Assembly: GCA_035315345.1 (NCBI GenBank)
Contig: DATFYA010000187.1
Span: 3,436 to 67,435, forward strand
Source of the DNA: Candidatus Methylomirabilota bacterium
Lineage (GTDB): Bacteria; Methylomirabilota; Methylomirabilia; Rokubacteriales; CSP1-6
Reading direction: 5' to 3'
Length of the DNA: 64,000 nucleotides
Under the pieces are notes generated by a model. It was not told the origin of the DNA. It searched no databases and saw only the letters and a list, made by a program, of their open reading frames with translations. How positions within the stretch are numbered: the first letter of the stretch is position 1; every line of letters begins with the position of its first letter. The position numbers and the translations under genes are program-made. Positions 1 through 10,639 of this stretch are shown here, one piece after another.

Positions 1-1079
<1,079 letters not shown>

Positions 1080-1085
1080 TCCGCC

Positions 1086-1928
1086 ATGCGCGAGATCCAC
1101 GTCTCCTCCATCGTCGACGCGGTCAAGAAACTCTGCATGGAGGCGAACTATTCGCTGGAGCCCGACATGCTGCGGGCCTTCGCGGGCGCGCTCGAGAAGG
1201 AGCGCTCCCCGGCGGGCCGGCAGGTGCTGCAGATCCTCCAGCAGAACGCGGAGCTGGCGCGGACGAAGAAGATCCCGTACTGCCAGGACACCGGCTTCGT
1301 GGTCTGCTTCGTCGAGCTGGGGCAGGACGTGCACGTGACCGGTGGCGGCCTCTACGAGGCGATCAACGATGGGGTGCGGCAGGGGTACCAGGAAGGATAC
1401 CTGCGCGCGTCGATCGTCCGCTCGCCCTTCGACCGGGTGAACACCGGCGACAACACGCCCGCGGTGATCCACCTGGACGTGGTGGCCGGGTCGGAGCTCA
1501 AGATCTCGATCATGGCCAAGGGGGGCGGCTGCGAGAACCGCTCGAAGTACAAGATGCTCACTCCCGCCGAGGGCGTGGAGGGCGTCAAGGAGTGGATCCT
1601 CGAGTGCATCCGCACCGCCGGTCCCGACGCCTGCCCGCCGCTCATCGCGGGGGTCGGCGTCGGCGGCACCTTCGAGCAGGCGGCACGGCTCAGCAAGAAG
1701 GCGCTCTTCCGCGAGCTGGGCGCGTCCCACCCGGATCCGGCGGTGGCCGCGATCGAACGCGAGGTCCTGGACCGCGCCAACCGACTCGGCATCGGCCCGC
1801 AGGGCTACGGCGGCGACACCACCGCGTTCGGCATCCACATCCTCACGTACCCGTGTCACATCACCAGCCTCCCGGTCGCGGTGACCATCGAGTGCCACGC
1901 GCACCGGCACAAGGAGGCGGTGCTGTGA
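1086..1928 (+). CDS. Fe-S class I fumarate hydratase, alpha (N-terminal) subunit
   Basis: Track ORF. KKIPYCQDTGFVV and MAKGGGCEN motifs of the fumarate/tartrate Fe-S hydro-lyase alpha subunit. Confidence 0.88.
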   Translation: MREIHVSSIVDAVKKLCMEANYSLEPDMLRAFAGALEKERSPAGRQVLQILQQNAELARTKKIPYCQDTGFVVCFVELGQDVHVTGGGLYEAINDGVRQGYQEGYLRASIVRSPFDRVNTGDNTPAVIHLDVVAGSELKISIMAKGGGCENRSKYKMLTPAEGVEGVKEWILECIRTAGPDACPPLIAGVGVGGTFEQAARLSKKALFRELGASHPDPAVAAIEREVLDRANRLGIGPQGYGGDTTAFGIHILTYPCHITSLPVAVTIECHAHRHKEAVL

Positions 1929-2506
1929 TCACGACCGGGACCGACGGGATCAAGGAGGTGACGCCGCCGCTCAGCGACGAGGACGTCGCCTCGCTGAAGG
2001 CGGGCGACCGCGTGCGGATCACCGGCGTGATGTACACCGCCCGCGACGCGGCCCACGCGCGCTTGCTGCCGCTGATGGAGGCGGGGACGCCGCTGCCCAT
2101 CGACGTGCGCGGCCAGATCATCTACTACACGGGCCCCTCGCCGGCGCGCCCGGGCCACGTGGTCGGCTCCATCGGCCCGACCACCGGCGGGCGCATGGAC
2201 AAATTCACCCCGAAGCTGCTGAGCCTGGGCCTCAAGGGCACCTTGGGCAAGGGCGCCCGCTCGCAGCCGGTGAAGGACGCGCTTCGCCAGCACAAGGCGG
2301 TCTACTTCGGGGCGATCGGGGGCGCGGGCGCGGTGCTCTCCGCCTTCGTGAAGAAGCTCGAGGTGGTGGCCTACGAGGACCTCGGCACCGAGGCGATCCG
2401 CCGGCTCGAGGTCGCGGGATTTCCCGCCATCGTGGTCAACGACTGCCACGGCGGCGATCTCTACCAGGATGGCATGAAGGCTTACGCGAGGGAGGAGCGG
2501 TCATGA
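1925..2506 (+). CDS. Fe-S class I fumarate hydratase, beta (C-terminal) subunit
   Basis: GTG 1925 within track ORF 1592..2506, overlapping the upstream stop (GTGA). GVMYTARDAAHARL...GPTTGGRMD...AIGGAGA pattern of the beta subunit. Confidence 0.85.
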   Translation: MITTGTDGIKEVTPPLSDEDVASLKAGDRVRITGVMYTARDAAHARLLPLMEAGTPLPIDVRGQIIYYTGPSPARPGHVVGSIGPTTGGRMDKFTPKLLSLGLKGTLGKGARSQPVKDALRQHKAVYFGAIGGAGAVLSAFVKKLEVVAYEDLGTEAIRRLEVAGFPAIVVNDCHGGDLYQDGMKAYAREERS

Positions 2507-3324
2507 ACGGGGCAACCGCGCAGAGGCAGGGCGGACGCATCCTCGGGGAGGCGCGCGCGCCGATCGCGGCCGCGACGCTGCGCCGGGATTCGTGGTGGGC
2601 GCTGCCGGTGACGGTGGTGGTGGTGCTGCTGGCCTTCATCATCTACTCGACGTGGGCCGCGTTCCAGAACGCGCACTACTTCGCGGACCCGTACCTGTCG
2701 CCCTTCTATTCCCCGTGCATCACCAAGGCCTGCCTGCATCACAGCTTCGGCTCGTGGACCGTGCCGGACGTGTCGCTGCCGATCGTCGGCGTGCTGTCGC
2801 CCGCGTTCCTGATCCTGGCCGGCCCGGGCCTCTTCCGGCTGAGCTGCTACTACTACCGCAAGGCCTACTACCGCTCGTTCTGGCTGGCTCCGCCCGCGTG
2901 CGCGGTGCGGGACACCAAGGCCGGCTACACCGGGGAGACCCGCTTCCCCCTGTTCCTGCAGAACTTCCACCGCTACATCTGGTACGTCGCGGTGCTCTTC
3001 ATCGGGATGCTCACCTGGGACGCGATCCTCGCCTTCCGCTTCCCGGACGGCTTCGGCATCGGGGTCGGCACCATCGTCATGTGGATCAACGTGCTGTTCC
3101 TGGCCGGGTACACCTTCTCCTGCCACTCCTGCCGCCACGTGTGCGGCGGCCACGTGGACGTCTTCTCCAAGGCCCCCGCGCGGTACGGAGTCTGGAAGTT
3201 CTTCACCCGGCTCAACGAGCGGCACCCGATGTTCGCCTGGCTCTCGCTGTTCAGCGTGGGCCTGACGGATCTCTACATCCGGCTGGTCTCGATGGGGATC
3301 ATCCGCGACTGGAGGATCATCTGA
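2503..3324 (+). CDS. sdhC: succinate dehydrogenase/fumarate reductase cytochrome b membrane anchor (single-subunit b558-like type)
   Basis: ATG overlaps the upstream stop. About 5 hydrophobic, His-containing segments. Sits directly upstream of sdhA/sdhB. Family call rests on position and hydrophobicity. Confidence 0.7.
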   Translation: MNGATAQRQGGRILGEARAPIAAATLRRDSWWALPVTVVVVLLAFIIYSTWAAFQNAHYFADPYLSPFYSPCITKACLHHSFGSWTVPDVSLPIVGVLSPAFLILAGPGLFRLSCYYYRKAYYRSFWLAPPACAVRDTKAGYTGETRFPLFLQNFHRYIWYVAVLFIGMLTWDAILAFRFPDGFGIGVGTIVMWINVLFLAGYTFSCHSCRHVCGGHVDVFSKAPARYGVWKFFTRLNERHPMFAWLSLFSVGLTDLYIRLVSMGIIRDWRII

Positions 3325-5126
3325 TGGCGACCGTCGAATACGAGACCCACGAGCACGACGTCCTGGTCATCGGCGCGGGCGGCGCCGGGCTGCGGGCGGC
3401 CATCGAGGCGGCGGCCCAGGGCGTGTCGGTCGGGCTGGTCTGCAAGTCGCTCCTCGGCAAGGCCCACACCGTCATGGCCGAGGGCGGGATCGCCGCCGCG
3501 ATGGGCAACGTGTGGCCGGAGGACAACTGGCAGGTCCACTTCCGCGACACCATGCGCGGCGGCAAGATGCTGAACAACTGGCGCATGGCCCAGCTTCACG
3601 CCCAGGAGAGCCCGGAGCGCGTGCTGGAGCTCGAGCGCTACGGCGCGCTCTTCGACCGGACCAAGGACGGGCTCATCTCGCAGCGCGACTTCGGCGGCCA
3701 CCGCTACGCGCGGCTGGCCCACGTGGGCGACCGCACCGGGCTCGAGATGATCCGCACGCTCCAGTACCACGCGATCCACCAGGCCATCGAGGTGTACATG
3801 GAGTGCAAGATCGAGCGCCTGCTCAAGGACGGCGACCGGGTGTGCGGGGCCTTCGGCTACTGGCGCAACACCGGCAAGTTCGTCCTCTTCAAGGCCAAGG
3901 CCATCGTGCTGGCCACCGGCGGCATCGGCAAGGCGTGGAAGTACACCTCGAACTCCTGGGAGTACAGCGGCGACGGCCACTCGCTCGCCTTCTGGGCGGG
4001 CGCGGACCTCATCGACATGGAGTTCGTGCAGTTCCACCCGACCGGGATGGTGTGGCCCCCCTCGGTGCGCGGCATCCTGGTGACCGAGGGCGTGCGCGGC
4101 GACGGCGGGACGCTGAAGAACACCGCGGGCGAGCGGTTCATGTTCAACTACATCCCCGAGTTCTTCAAGGCCGAGACCGCGGACAGCCAGGAGGAGGCCG
4201 ACCGCTGGTACCAGGACAAGAAGAACAACCGGCGGACCCCGGATCTCCTGCCGCGCGACGAGGTGGCCCGCGCCATCAATTCCGAGGTGAAGGCGGGCCG
4301 CGGGACCGTGCACGGCGGGGTGTTCCTCGACATCTGCACGCGGCGCGACGCCGATTACATCCGCAAGCGCCTGCCCTCGATGTACCACCAGTTCAAGGAG
4401 CTGGCCGGCGTCGACATCACCAAGGAGCCGATGGAGGTGGGGCCCACCATGCACTACGTCATGGGCGGGGTGCGGGTGGACGCCGACTCCACCGCGGCCA
4501 CCGTGCCCGGCCTCTTCGCGGCCGGCGAGGTGGCGGGCGGGCTCCACGGCAGCAACCGCCTCGGCGGCAACTCCCTCGGCGACCTGCTCGTGTTCGGGCG
4601 CCGGGCCGGGCTGCACGCCGCGCTCTACTGCAAGAACCTGGGCGGTCGGCTCACGGTGGACGGCGGTCAGGTGGAGTCCATCGCGCGCACCCTGCTCGAG
4701 CCCTTCACCCGCTCGGGCAGCGAGAATCCGTACACCATCCAGGCCGACCTGCAGGACACCATGCACAACCTGGTCGGCATCATCCGGGTCGAGGCCGAGC
4801 TCCAACAGGCGCTCGAGAAGCTCGCGGTGCTCAAGCAGCGCGCGGCCCGGGTGCACGTCGACGGCGGCCGCGTCTACAACCCGGGCTGGCACGTGGCGCT
4901 GGACCTGGCCTCGCTCCTGACCGTGTCGGAATGCTGCGCGCTCGCCGCGCTGGAGCGCAAGGAGAGCCGGGGCGGCCACACCCGCGAGGACCACCCGTAC
5001 ACCGACGACACCTGGGGGGCGGTCAATCTGGTCTCCCGGCAGCAGGGCGACCGGATCGATCTGCGGCGCGAGCCGCTGCCCCAGATGCCTCCCGAGCTGA
5101 AGGCCCTCGTCCAGGAGAGGCAGTGA
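3324..5126 (+). CDS. sdhA: succinate dehydrogenase/fumarate reductase flavoprotein subunit
   Basis: ATG 3324 within track ORF 2592..5126 (ATGA overlap). HDVLVIGAGGAGLRAA FAD fold, FHPTG, HYVMGG, RLGGNSL motifs. Confidence 0.93.
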   Translation: MATVEYETHEHDVLVIGAGGAGLRAAIEAAAQGVSVGLVCKSLLGKAHTVMAEGGIAAAMGNVWPEDNWQVHFRDTMRGGKMLNNWRMAQLHAQESPERVLELERYGALFDRTKDGLISQRDFGGHRYARLAHVGDRTGLEMIRTLQYHAIHQAIEVYMECKIERLLKDGDRVCGAFGYWRNTGKFVLFKAKAIVLATGGIGKAWKYTSNSWEYSGDGHSLAFWAGADLIDMEFVQFHPTGMVWPPSVRGILVTEGVRGDGGTLKNTAGERFMFNYIPEFFKAETADSQEEADRWYQDKKNNRRTPDLLPRDEVARAINSEVKAGRGTVHGGVFLDICTRRDADYIRKRLPSMYHQFKELAGVDITKEPMEVGPTMHYVMGGVRVDADSTAATVPGLFAAGEVAGGLHGSNRLGGNSLGDLLVFGRRAGLHAALYCKNLGGRLTVDGGQVESIARTLLEPFTRSGSENPYTIQADLQDTMHNLVGIIRVEAELQQALEKLAVLKQRAARVHVDGGRVYNPGWHVALDLASLLTVSECCALAALERKESRGGHTREDHPYTDDTWGAVNLVSRQQGDRIDLRREPLPQMPPELKALVQERQ

Positions 5127-5884
5127 TGGCAAAGACCTTCACGATGCGGGTGTTCCGCGGCGACGCCGCCGGCGGCGACTTCAAGGAGTACACCGTCGAG
5201 GGTGGCGAGGGGATGGTGGTGCTGGACGTGGTCCACCGGATCCAGGCCACCCACGCCCCCGACCTGGCGTGCCGGTGGAACTGCAAGGCGGGCAAGTGCG
5301 GCTCGTGCAGCGCGGAGATCAACGGCAAGCCGCGGCTGATGTGCATGACCCGCATGGACATCTTCGAGGAGAACGAGGTCGTGTCGGTCGCGCCGATGCG
5401 GACGTTCCCGATCATCCGCGACCTGGTGACCGACGTCTCCTACAACTACGAGAAGGCCAAGCAGGTGCCGCCGCTGCGCCTGAAGCCCGCGGATCCGGAC
5501 GGCCGCTACCGGATGATGCAGGAGGACGTGGAGCGCGGCCAGGAATTCCACAAGTGCATCGAGTGCTTCCTGTGCCAGAACGTCTGCCACGTTATCCGCG
5601 ACCACGAAGGCCTCAAGAAGTCCTTCTCGGGCCCGCGTTTCTTCATCAAGATCGCCGGGCTCGAGATGCATCCGATGGACACCCGCGACCGGACCGACTT
5701 CGTGCGCGAGCAGGCCGGGGTCGGGTTCTGCAACATCACCAAGTGCTGCACCGAGGTCTGCCCGGAGCACATCCACATCACCGACAACGGCATCATCCCG
5801 ATGAAGGAGCGGATGGCCGACAACTTCGACCCGGTGGTGTGGGTGCTGCGGAAGATCAGGGGCTCCAAGAAAGCCGCGCCCTGA
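5126..5884 (+). CDS. sdhB: succinate dehydrogenase/fumarate reductase iron-sulfur subunit
   Basis: ATG 5126 (ATGA overlap) within track ORF 3512..5884. CRWNCKAGKCGSCSAEING, CIECFLCQNVC and CNITKCCTEVCP cluster motifs. Confidence 0.9.
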   Translation: MAKTFTMRVFRGDAAGGDFKEYTVEGGEGMVVLDVVHRIQATHAPDLACRWNCKAGKCGSCSAEINGKPRLMCMTRMDIFEENEVVSVAPMRTFPIIRDLVTDVSYNYEKAKQVPPLRLKPADPDGRYRMMQEDVERGQEFHKCIECFLCQNVCHVIRDHEGLKKSFSGPRFFIKIAGLEMHPMDTRDRTDFVREQAGVGFCNITKCCTEVCPEHIHITDNGIIPMKERMADNFDPVVWVLRKIRGSKKAAP

Positions 5885-5888
5885 CCGC

Positions 5889-7058
5889 ATGAAGATCCAC
5901 GAGTACCAGGGCAAGGCCATCCTCAAGGCCTACGGCGTCGCCGTGCCCGCCGGCGACGTGGCGGACACCCCCGCGCAGGCGCGCGCCATCGCGCAGCGGC
6001 TCAATGGCCGAGTCGTCGTCAAGGCGCAGGTGCACGCGGGCGGCCGCGGCAAGGCGGGCGGCGTGAAGCTGGCCGACGATCCGGCGGGCGCCGAGGCGGC
6101 GGCCGGGCAGATCCTCGGCATGATGCTGAAGACGCCGCAGACCCCGCCCGAGGGCATCAAGGTGCTGAAAGTCCTCGTCGAGGAGGCCTCCCCGATCGCC
6201 AGCGAGCTCTATCTCTCGATGACGCTCGACCGAGGCAAGGGCACCCACGTGGTGATGGCCTCGCGGGCCGGCGGCATGGACATCGAGGAGGTCGCGGCCA
6301 CCCATCCGGAGAAGATCCTCCGCGAGTGGACCGACCCGGCGCTGGGCCTGCAGGCCTTCCAGGCGCGCAGCCTCGCCTTCGGGCTCGGCCTCTCCGGCGA
6401 CCCCCACAAGCAGGGCGTGGCCTTGATCGCCAACCTCTTCCGCGCCTACCTCGACAAGGATTGCTCGCTGGCGGAGATCAATCCCCTCGTGGTCACCCGC
6501 GACGGCCGGGTGATGGCGCTCGACGCCAAGCTCAACTTCGACGACAACGCGCTCTACCGCCACAAGGACGTGGTGGCCATGCGCGACGTCAACGAGGAGA
6601 CGCCGCTGGACGTCGAGGCCTCGAAGTACAGCCTCAACTACATCAAGCTGGACGGCAACGTCGGCTGCATGGTGAACGGGGCGGGGCTGGCCATGGCCAC
6701 GATGGACATCATCAAGCTGGCCGGCGGTGAGCCCGCGAACTTCCTCGACGTGGGCGGCGGCGCCTCCCCCGAGCAGATCGAGAACGCCTTCCGTATCCTG
6801 TCGTCGGACCCGAGCGTGAAGGCGGTCTTCATCAACGTCTTCGGAGGCATTCTTCGAGTGGACCGGCTCGCCGAGGGGATCATCGCCGCGGTGAAGACGC
6901 TCGGCCTCAAGCTGCCGGTGGTCCTGCGCGCCGAGGGCACCAACGTCGAGCAGGGCAAGAAGATGCTCGCCGAGTCCGGCCTCGCGCTGGTCATGGCCAA
7001 CGACATGGGCGAGGGCGCGAAGAAAGTCGTCGAGCTGGCCCGGAGCTCGCGCCCGTGA
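5889..7058 (+). CDS. sucC: succinyl-CoA ligase (ADP-forming) beta subunit
   Basis: Track [21 protein letters not shown]-terminus and overall SucC pattern. Confidence 0.95.
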   Translation: MKIHEYQGKAILKAYGVAVPAGDVADTPAQARAIAQRLNGRVVVKAQVHAGGRGKAGGVKLADDPAGAEAAAGQILGMMLKTPQTPPEGIKVLKVLVEEASPIASELYLSMTLDRGKGTHVVMASRAGGMDIEEVAATHPEKILREWTDPALGLQAFQARSLAFGLGLSGDPHKQGVALIANLFRAYLDKDCSLAEINPLVVTRDGRVMALDAKLNFDDNALYRHKDVVAMRDVNEETPLDVEASKYSLNYIKLDGNVGCMVNGAGLAMATMDIIKLAGGEPANFLDVGGGASPEQIENAFRILSSDPSVKAVFINVFGGILRVDRLAEGIIAAVKTLGLKLPVVLRAEGTNVEQGKKMLAESGLALVMANDMGEGAKKVVELARSSRP

Positions 7059-7933
7059 GCATTCTGGTCAGTCGCGCGACGCGCGTCCTGGTGCAGGGAA
7101 TCACCGGCAAGGAGGGCGCCTTCCACGCGGCCCGCTGCAAGGAGTACGGCACGCAGGTGGTGGGCGGGGTGACGCCGGGCAAGGGCGGCACCATCCACGA
7201 GGGCTTCCCGGTCTGGAACACGGTGGAGGAGGCGGTGCAGGCGACCGGCGCCGATTGCGCGCTGATCTTCGTGCCCCCGCCGGCAGCCGCAGACGCCATC
7301 ATGGAAGCGGCGGACGCGGGGATCCCGTTGGTCGTCTGCATCACCGAGGGGGTGCCGGTGGCGGACATGGTGCGGGTGAAGGCCTTCCTCGCGCGCACCG
7401 CGAGCCGGCTCATCGGCCCGAACTGCCCGGGCCTGATCACGCCGGGCCAGGCCAAGATCGGCATCATGCCCGGCCACATCCACAAGGTGGGCCACGTGGG
7501 GGTGGTCTCGCGCAGCGGCACGCTCACCTACGAGGTGGTCCATCAGCTCACCCAGCGCGGGCTCGGGCAGTCGTCGTGCGTGGGCATCGGCGGCGATCCG
7601 GTCACCGGCACCACCTTCATCGACGTGCTGCGGCTCTTCCAGGCCGATCCCGAGACGACCTCGATCATGATGATCGGGGAGATCGGCGGCACCGCCGAGG
7701 AGGAGGCCGCCGCCTTCGTCAAGGCCCACGTCACCAAGCCGGTGGTCGGGTTCATCTGCGGCCAGACCGCGCCCCCCGGGCGCCGCATGGGCCACGCCGG
7801 CGCCATCATCGCCGGGGGCAAGGGCACCGCGGCCGAGAAGATGGCCGCGATGGAAGCCGCCGGCATCACCACCGTCAAGAGCCCCGCCGACATGGGCGCC
7901 ACCGTCGCCCGCGTGGTGGGCAAGAAAGGGTAG
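7055..7933 (+). CDS. sucD: succinyl-CoA ligase alpha subunit
   Basis: Start overlaps the sucC stop. [22 protein letters not shown]-terminus, GHAGAII phosphohistidine loop. Confidence 0.95.
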   Translation: MSILVSRATRVLVQGITGKEGAFHAARCKEYGTQVVGGVTPGKGGTIHEGFPVWNTVEEAVQATGADCALIFVPPPAAADAIMEAADAGIPLVVCITEGVPVADMVRVKAFLARTASRLIGPNCPGLITPGQAKIGIMPGHIHKVGHVGVVSRSGTLTYEVVHQLTQRGLGQSSCVGIGGDPVTGTTFIDVLRLFQADPETTSIMMIGEIGGTAEEEAAAFVKAHVTKPVVGFICGQTAPPGRRMGHAGAIIAGGKGTAAEKMAAMEAAGITTVKSPADMGATVARVVGKKG

Positions 7934-7945
7934 GGACTCTCCGCG

Positions 7946-8371
7946 ATGGCCGTCCAGCGCACCCTCACCATCATCAAGCCGGACGCCGTCGCCAAGGGCG
8001 TCGCGGGGCAGATCATCGCCCGGTTCGAGAAGGCGGGCCTCCGAGTGCTCGCGGCCAAGCTGATCCAGCTCACCGCCGCGCAGGCGGGCGGCTTCTACAT
8101 CGTGCACAAGGAGCGCCCGTTCTACGGCAGCCTCTGCGCGTTCATGACCCAGGGTCCGTGCATGCCGATCGTCCTCGAGGGCGACCACGCCATCGCGCGG
8201 CTGCGCGAGCTGATGGGTGCCACCGATCCGGCCAAGGCCGACGCGGGGACGATTCGCAAAGACTTCGCGTCGTCCATCGAGGCCAACGCGGTGCACGGCT
8301 CCGACTCGCCCGAGTCGGCCGCCTTCGAGATTCCCTACTTCTTCTCCGCGCTCGAGATCTTCTCGAGGTAG
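7946..8371 (+). CDS. ndk: nucleoside diphosphate kinase
   Basis: Track [14 protein letters not shown] and NAVHGSDS active-site motif. Confidence 0.95.
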   Translation: MAVQRTLTIIKPDAVAKGVAGQIIARFEKAGLRVLAAKLIQLTAAQAGGFYIVHKERPFYGSLCAFMTQGPCMPIVLEGDHAIARLRELMGATDPAKADAGTIRKDFASSIEANAVHGSDSPESAAFEIPYFFSALEIFSR

Positions 8372-8381
8372 CCGCGAGGCG

Positions 8382-8906
8382 GTGCACTTTCCGGCGTCGC
8401 TCGGCCGGAGACAGCGGCTGGTCGCCGGGGTGATCGGCATCGGCCTCGGCTTCGGGCTGCCGTTCCTCCTCTCGGTCGCGATGGTCGCGGCCTCCGGCGA
8501 GCTGAGCCTGCTCATCGTGCCGCTGCCCTTCCTGGGCGCGCTCTGGGTCATCCAGGGCCTGGCGCCGATCGGTTACACCCTCGAGGCGGAGGGCATCCGC
8601 ATCGAGCGGCGCTGGGTCCGACGGCTCATCCCCTACGATGGCATCCTCGGCGGCGACCGGCGGCGGCGTCCGATCGGCGGTCTGCTGGCGACCGGCGCCA
8701 ACAACCTCTTCGGCTCGCACGGGACGCGCTGGAATCCGCGCGTCGGCTGGCACTACCTCGCCATCACCGACACCGAGCACCTGGTGTTCCTCGAGACGCG
8801 CGGCGGCCTGGTGGTGCTGTCGCCCAACGACCCGGACGAGTTCCTGAGCGCGCTGCGCGCGCGGCTCCCCGCCGGCGCTCCCGCATGGCCGACCCGATCG
8901 TCGTGA
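8382..8906 (+). CDS. membrane protein with C-terminal bacterial PH-like domain (hypothetical)
   Basis: GTG 8382 within track ORF 8217..8906. Two N-terminal hydrophobic helices followed by a roughly 100-aa soluble domain. Family assignment is tentative. Confidence 0.55.
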   Translation: MHFPASLGRRQRLVAGVIGIGLGFGLPFLLSVAMVAASGELSLLIVPLPFLGALWVIQGLAPIGYTLEAEGIRIERRWVRRLIPYDGILGGDRRRRPIGGLLATGANNLFGSHGTRWNPRVGWHYLAITDTEHLVFLETRGGLVVLSPNDPDEFLSALRARLPAGAPAWPTRSS

Positions 8907-9316
8907 CCGACGCGGTGCGGGTCCCGGCCTCCGCGTTGACCGCGCGCGCGGTGCGCGCCTCGGGCCCGGGCGGACAGAACGTCAACAAGGTCGCGACGCG
9001 GATCGACCTCCGCGTGGATCTGGAGGCCATCGAGGGGCTCTCCGACGCGGCGCGGGCGCGCCTGCGCGCGCTGGCGCGCCGTCGCACCGACGCGGAGGGC
9101 CGTCTCGTCGTCACGAGCCAGGCCACGCGCACCCAGGCCCGCAACCTGGAGGATGCGCGCGCCCGGGTGGCCCACCTGATCCGCGCGGCCCTCGTCGCCC
9201 CCCGTGCGCGCGTGAAGACCGGCCCGTCCGCGGGCGCGCGACGCCGGCGGCTGGCCGGCAAGAAGCAGCGTGCAGAGGTGAAGCGCTGGCGGCGGCGTCC
9301 GGCCGCCGACGACTAG
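8885..9316 (+). CDS. arfB: alternative ribosome-rescue factor / peptidyl-tRNA hydrolase ArfB
   Basis: GPGGQNVNKV GGQ motif and a basic C-terminal tail (KKQRAEVKRWRRR). Confidence 0.85.
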   Translation: MADPIVVTDAVRVPASALTARAVRASGPGGQNVNKVATRIDLRVDLEAIEGLSDAARARLRALARRRTDAEGRLVVTSQATRTQARNLEDARARVAHLIRAALVAPRARVKTGPSAGARRRRLAGKKQRAEVKRWRRRPAADD

Positions 9317-9717
9317 TGCACGCTGCCCGCGAGCGTCGCGCTCAGCGCGAGCATCGCGAGTACCACGAGGGCGATCAGCGCGTATCGGCGATCGCCGGTG
9401 CACCAGAAGGCGGGCAGGGCGGCGGCCACCGCGACCGCGGGCGTGACCATCAGGATCACGAGACCGAGCGCGCTCAGCGCGAGCGGATCGATCGGCCGGC
9501 TCGCGAGGCCGCCCGTCACTTGCCGGACCGAGACGAAGACGCCGGGGGGATGGCCGGCGGGCCGCCGGGTGAGGTCCAGCACGTGGTGGCGGAAGCCACC
9601 GTGCGCCGCGTAGAGCACGAGCCCAAGCAGCACCACCCCGATCCCGAGGAGCCCGCCGAACAGGAGGATCCGCGAGACCAGGTGCTCGACCGAGAACGTC
9701 GCGCGGAGTCGGCTCAC
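9313..9717 (-). CDS. small membrane protein, DUF1634-like (TauE partner)
   Basis: The last 134 codons of the spurious 900-aa track ORF 9313..12015. GTG 9717 overlaps the TauE stop (GTGA). Hydrophobic 3-4 helix protein. Has a 4-nt CTAG tail-to-tail overlap with arfB. Confidence 0.65.
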   Translation of the reverse strand: MSRLRATFSVEHLVSRILLFGGLLGIGVVLLGLVLYAAHGGFRHHVLDLTRRPAGHPPGVFVSVRQVTGGLASRPIDPLALSALGLVILMVTPAVAVAAALPAFWCTGDRRYALIALVVLAMLALSATLAGSVH

Positions 9718-10562
9718 GGGAGGTGGAGGCCGAGCCCGCGGACGATCATCGAGAGCGCCAGGTAGACCACGACGGGCAGGAACAGCTTGCGCACGGTGGT
9801 GTTGCGCAGCCGGGCCATCACGGTGGTGCCCAGGTAGGCGCCGGCGAGCACGCCGATCGCGACCGGCGCCGCGATGAGGGTATGGATGTCCCCGCGGCTC
9901 CAGTAGATGCTGGCGCTGGCCGCCGCGGTGAGCCCGATCATGAAGTTGCTGGTCGCGGTCGAGACCTTCATGGGCAGCCGCATCAGGTAATCCATCGCGA
10001 GCACCTTGAAGGCGCCGCTGCCGATGCCCAGCATGCCGGACAGCAGTCCAGCCCCGAACATCGCGCAGAAGCCCTGCACGACCCGCTGCGCGCGATAGAC
10101 CACCTCGCGCTCGAGACGCAGGTCGTGGTACGTGCCCTCGAGGTCGAAGCGCAGGGCCAGCGGATCGTCGGGCGGGCTCTCGGGCAGCTCGTCGCGCAGC
10201 TGCTTCACCGTGGTGTAGGCGGAATAGGACAGGGCGAGGCCCAGGATCAGCTCGAGGGCCCGCGTCGGCACCACGCCGGCCAGCAGCGCGCCCACGAGCG
10301 CCCCGCTGATGGTGGCCATGACCAGGAACAGCCCGATGCGGAGATTGCTCAGGCCGGTGCGCAGGTAGGAGGCGGCGGCGCCGCTCGACGTCGCGATGAC
10401 CGAGATGATGCTGGCGCCCATCGCGTAGTGCAGGTCGACGCCGTAGAACACGGTGAGGATCGGAATCAGGAGAATGCCGCCGCCGAGCCCGAGGATGGCG
10501 CCCACCGCGCCGGCGCCGATCGACGTGAAGAGCACGGCGAGCGAGAAGACGGTCAGACTCAT
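9714..10562 (-). CDS. sulfite/anion exporter TauE/SafE family permease
   Basis: Track ORF 9714..10568. ATG 10562 preferred over TTG 10568. Multiple hydrophobic segments with repeated G-rich (LGLGGGILL, GIGSGAF) motifs. Confidence 0.85.
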   Translation of the reverse strand: MSLTVFSLAVLFTSIGAGAVGAILGLGGGILLIPILTVFYGVDLHYAMGASIISVIATSSGAAASYLRTGLSNLRIGLFLVMATISGALVGALLAGVVPTRALELILGLALSYSAYTTVKQLRDELPESPPDDPLALRFDLEGTYHDLRLEREVVYRAQRVVQGFCAMFGAGLLSGMLGIGSGAFKVLAMDYLMRLPMKVSTATSNFMIGLTAAASASIYWSRGDIHTLIAAPVAIGVLAGAYLGTTVMARLRNTTVRKLFLPVVVYLALSMIVRGLGLHLP

Positions 10563-10626
10563 GACCAAACCATGGTAGACCGCGTTGACGCGCGGCGCTA
10601 TCGAATGGTCGCCCGTGCTTTCCTGC

Positions 10627-10639
10627 TAGAATCGCCGCA
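10627..10639 (+). promoter_or_regulatory. candidate -10 box (TAGAAT) placed for a leaderless CoA-ligase mRNA
   Basis: TAGAAT at 10627-10632 lies exactly 6 nt before ATG 10639. There is no Shine-Dalgarno sequence, and the -35 region is poor (AATGGT). Confidence 0.25.
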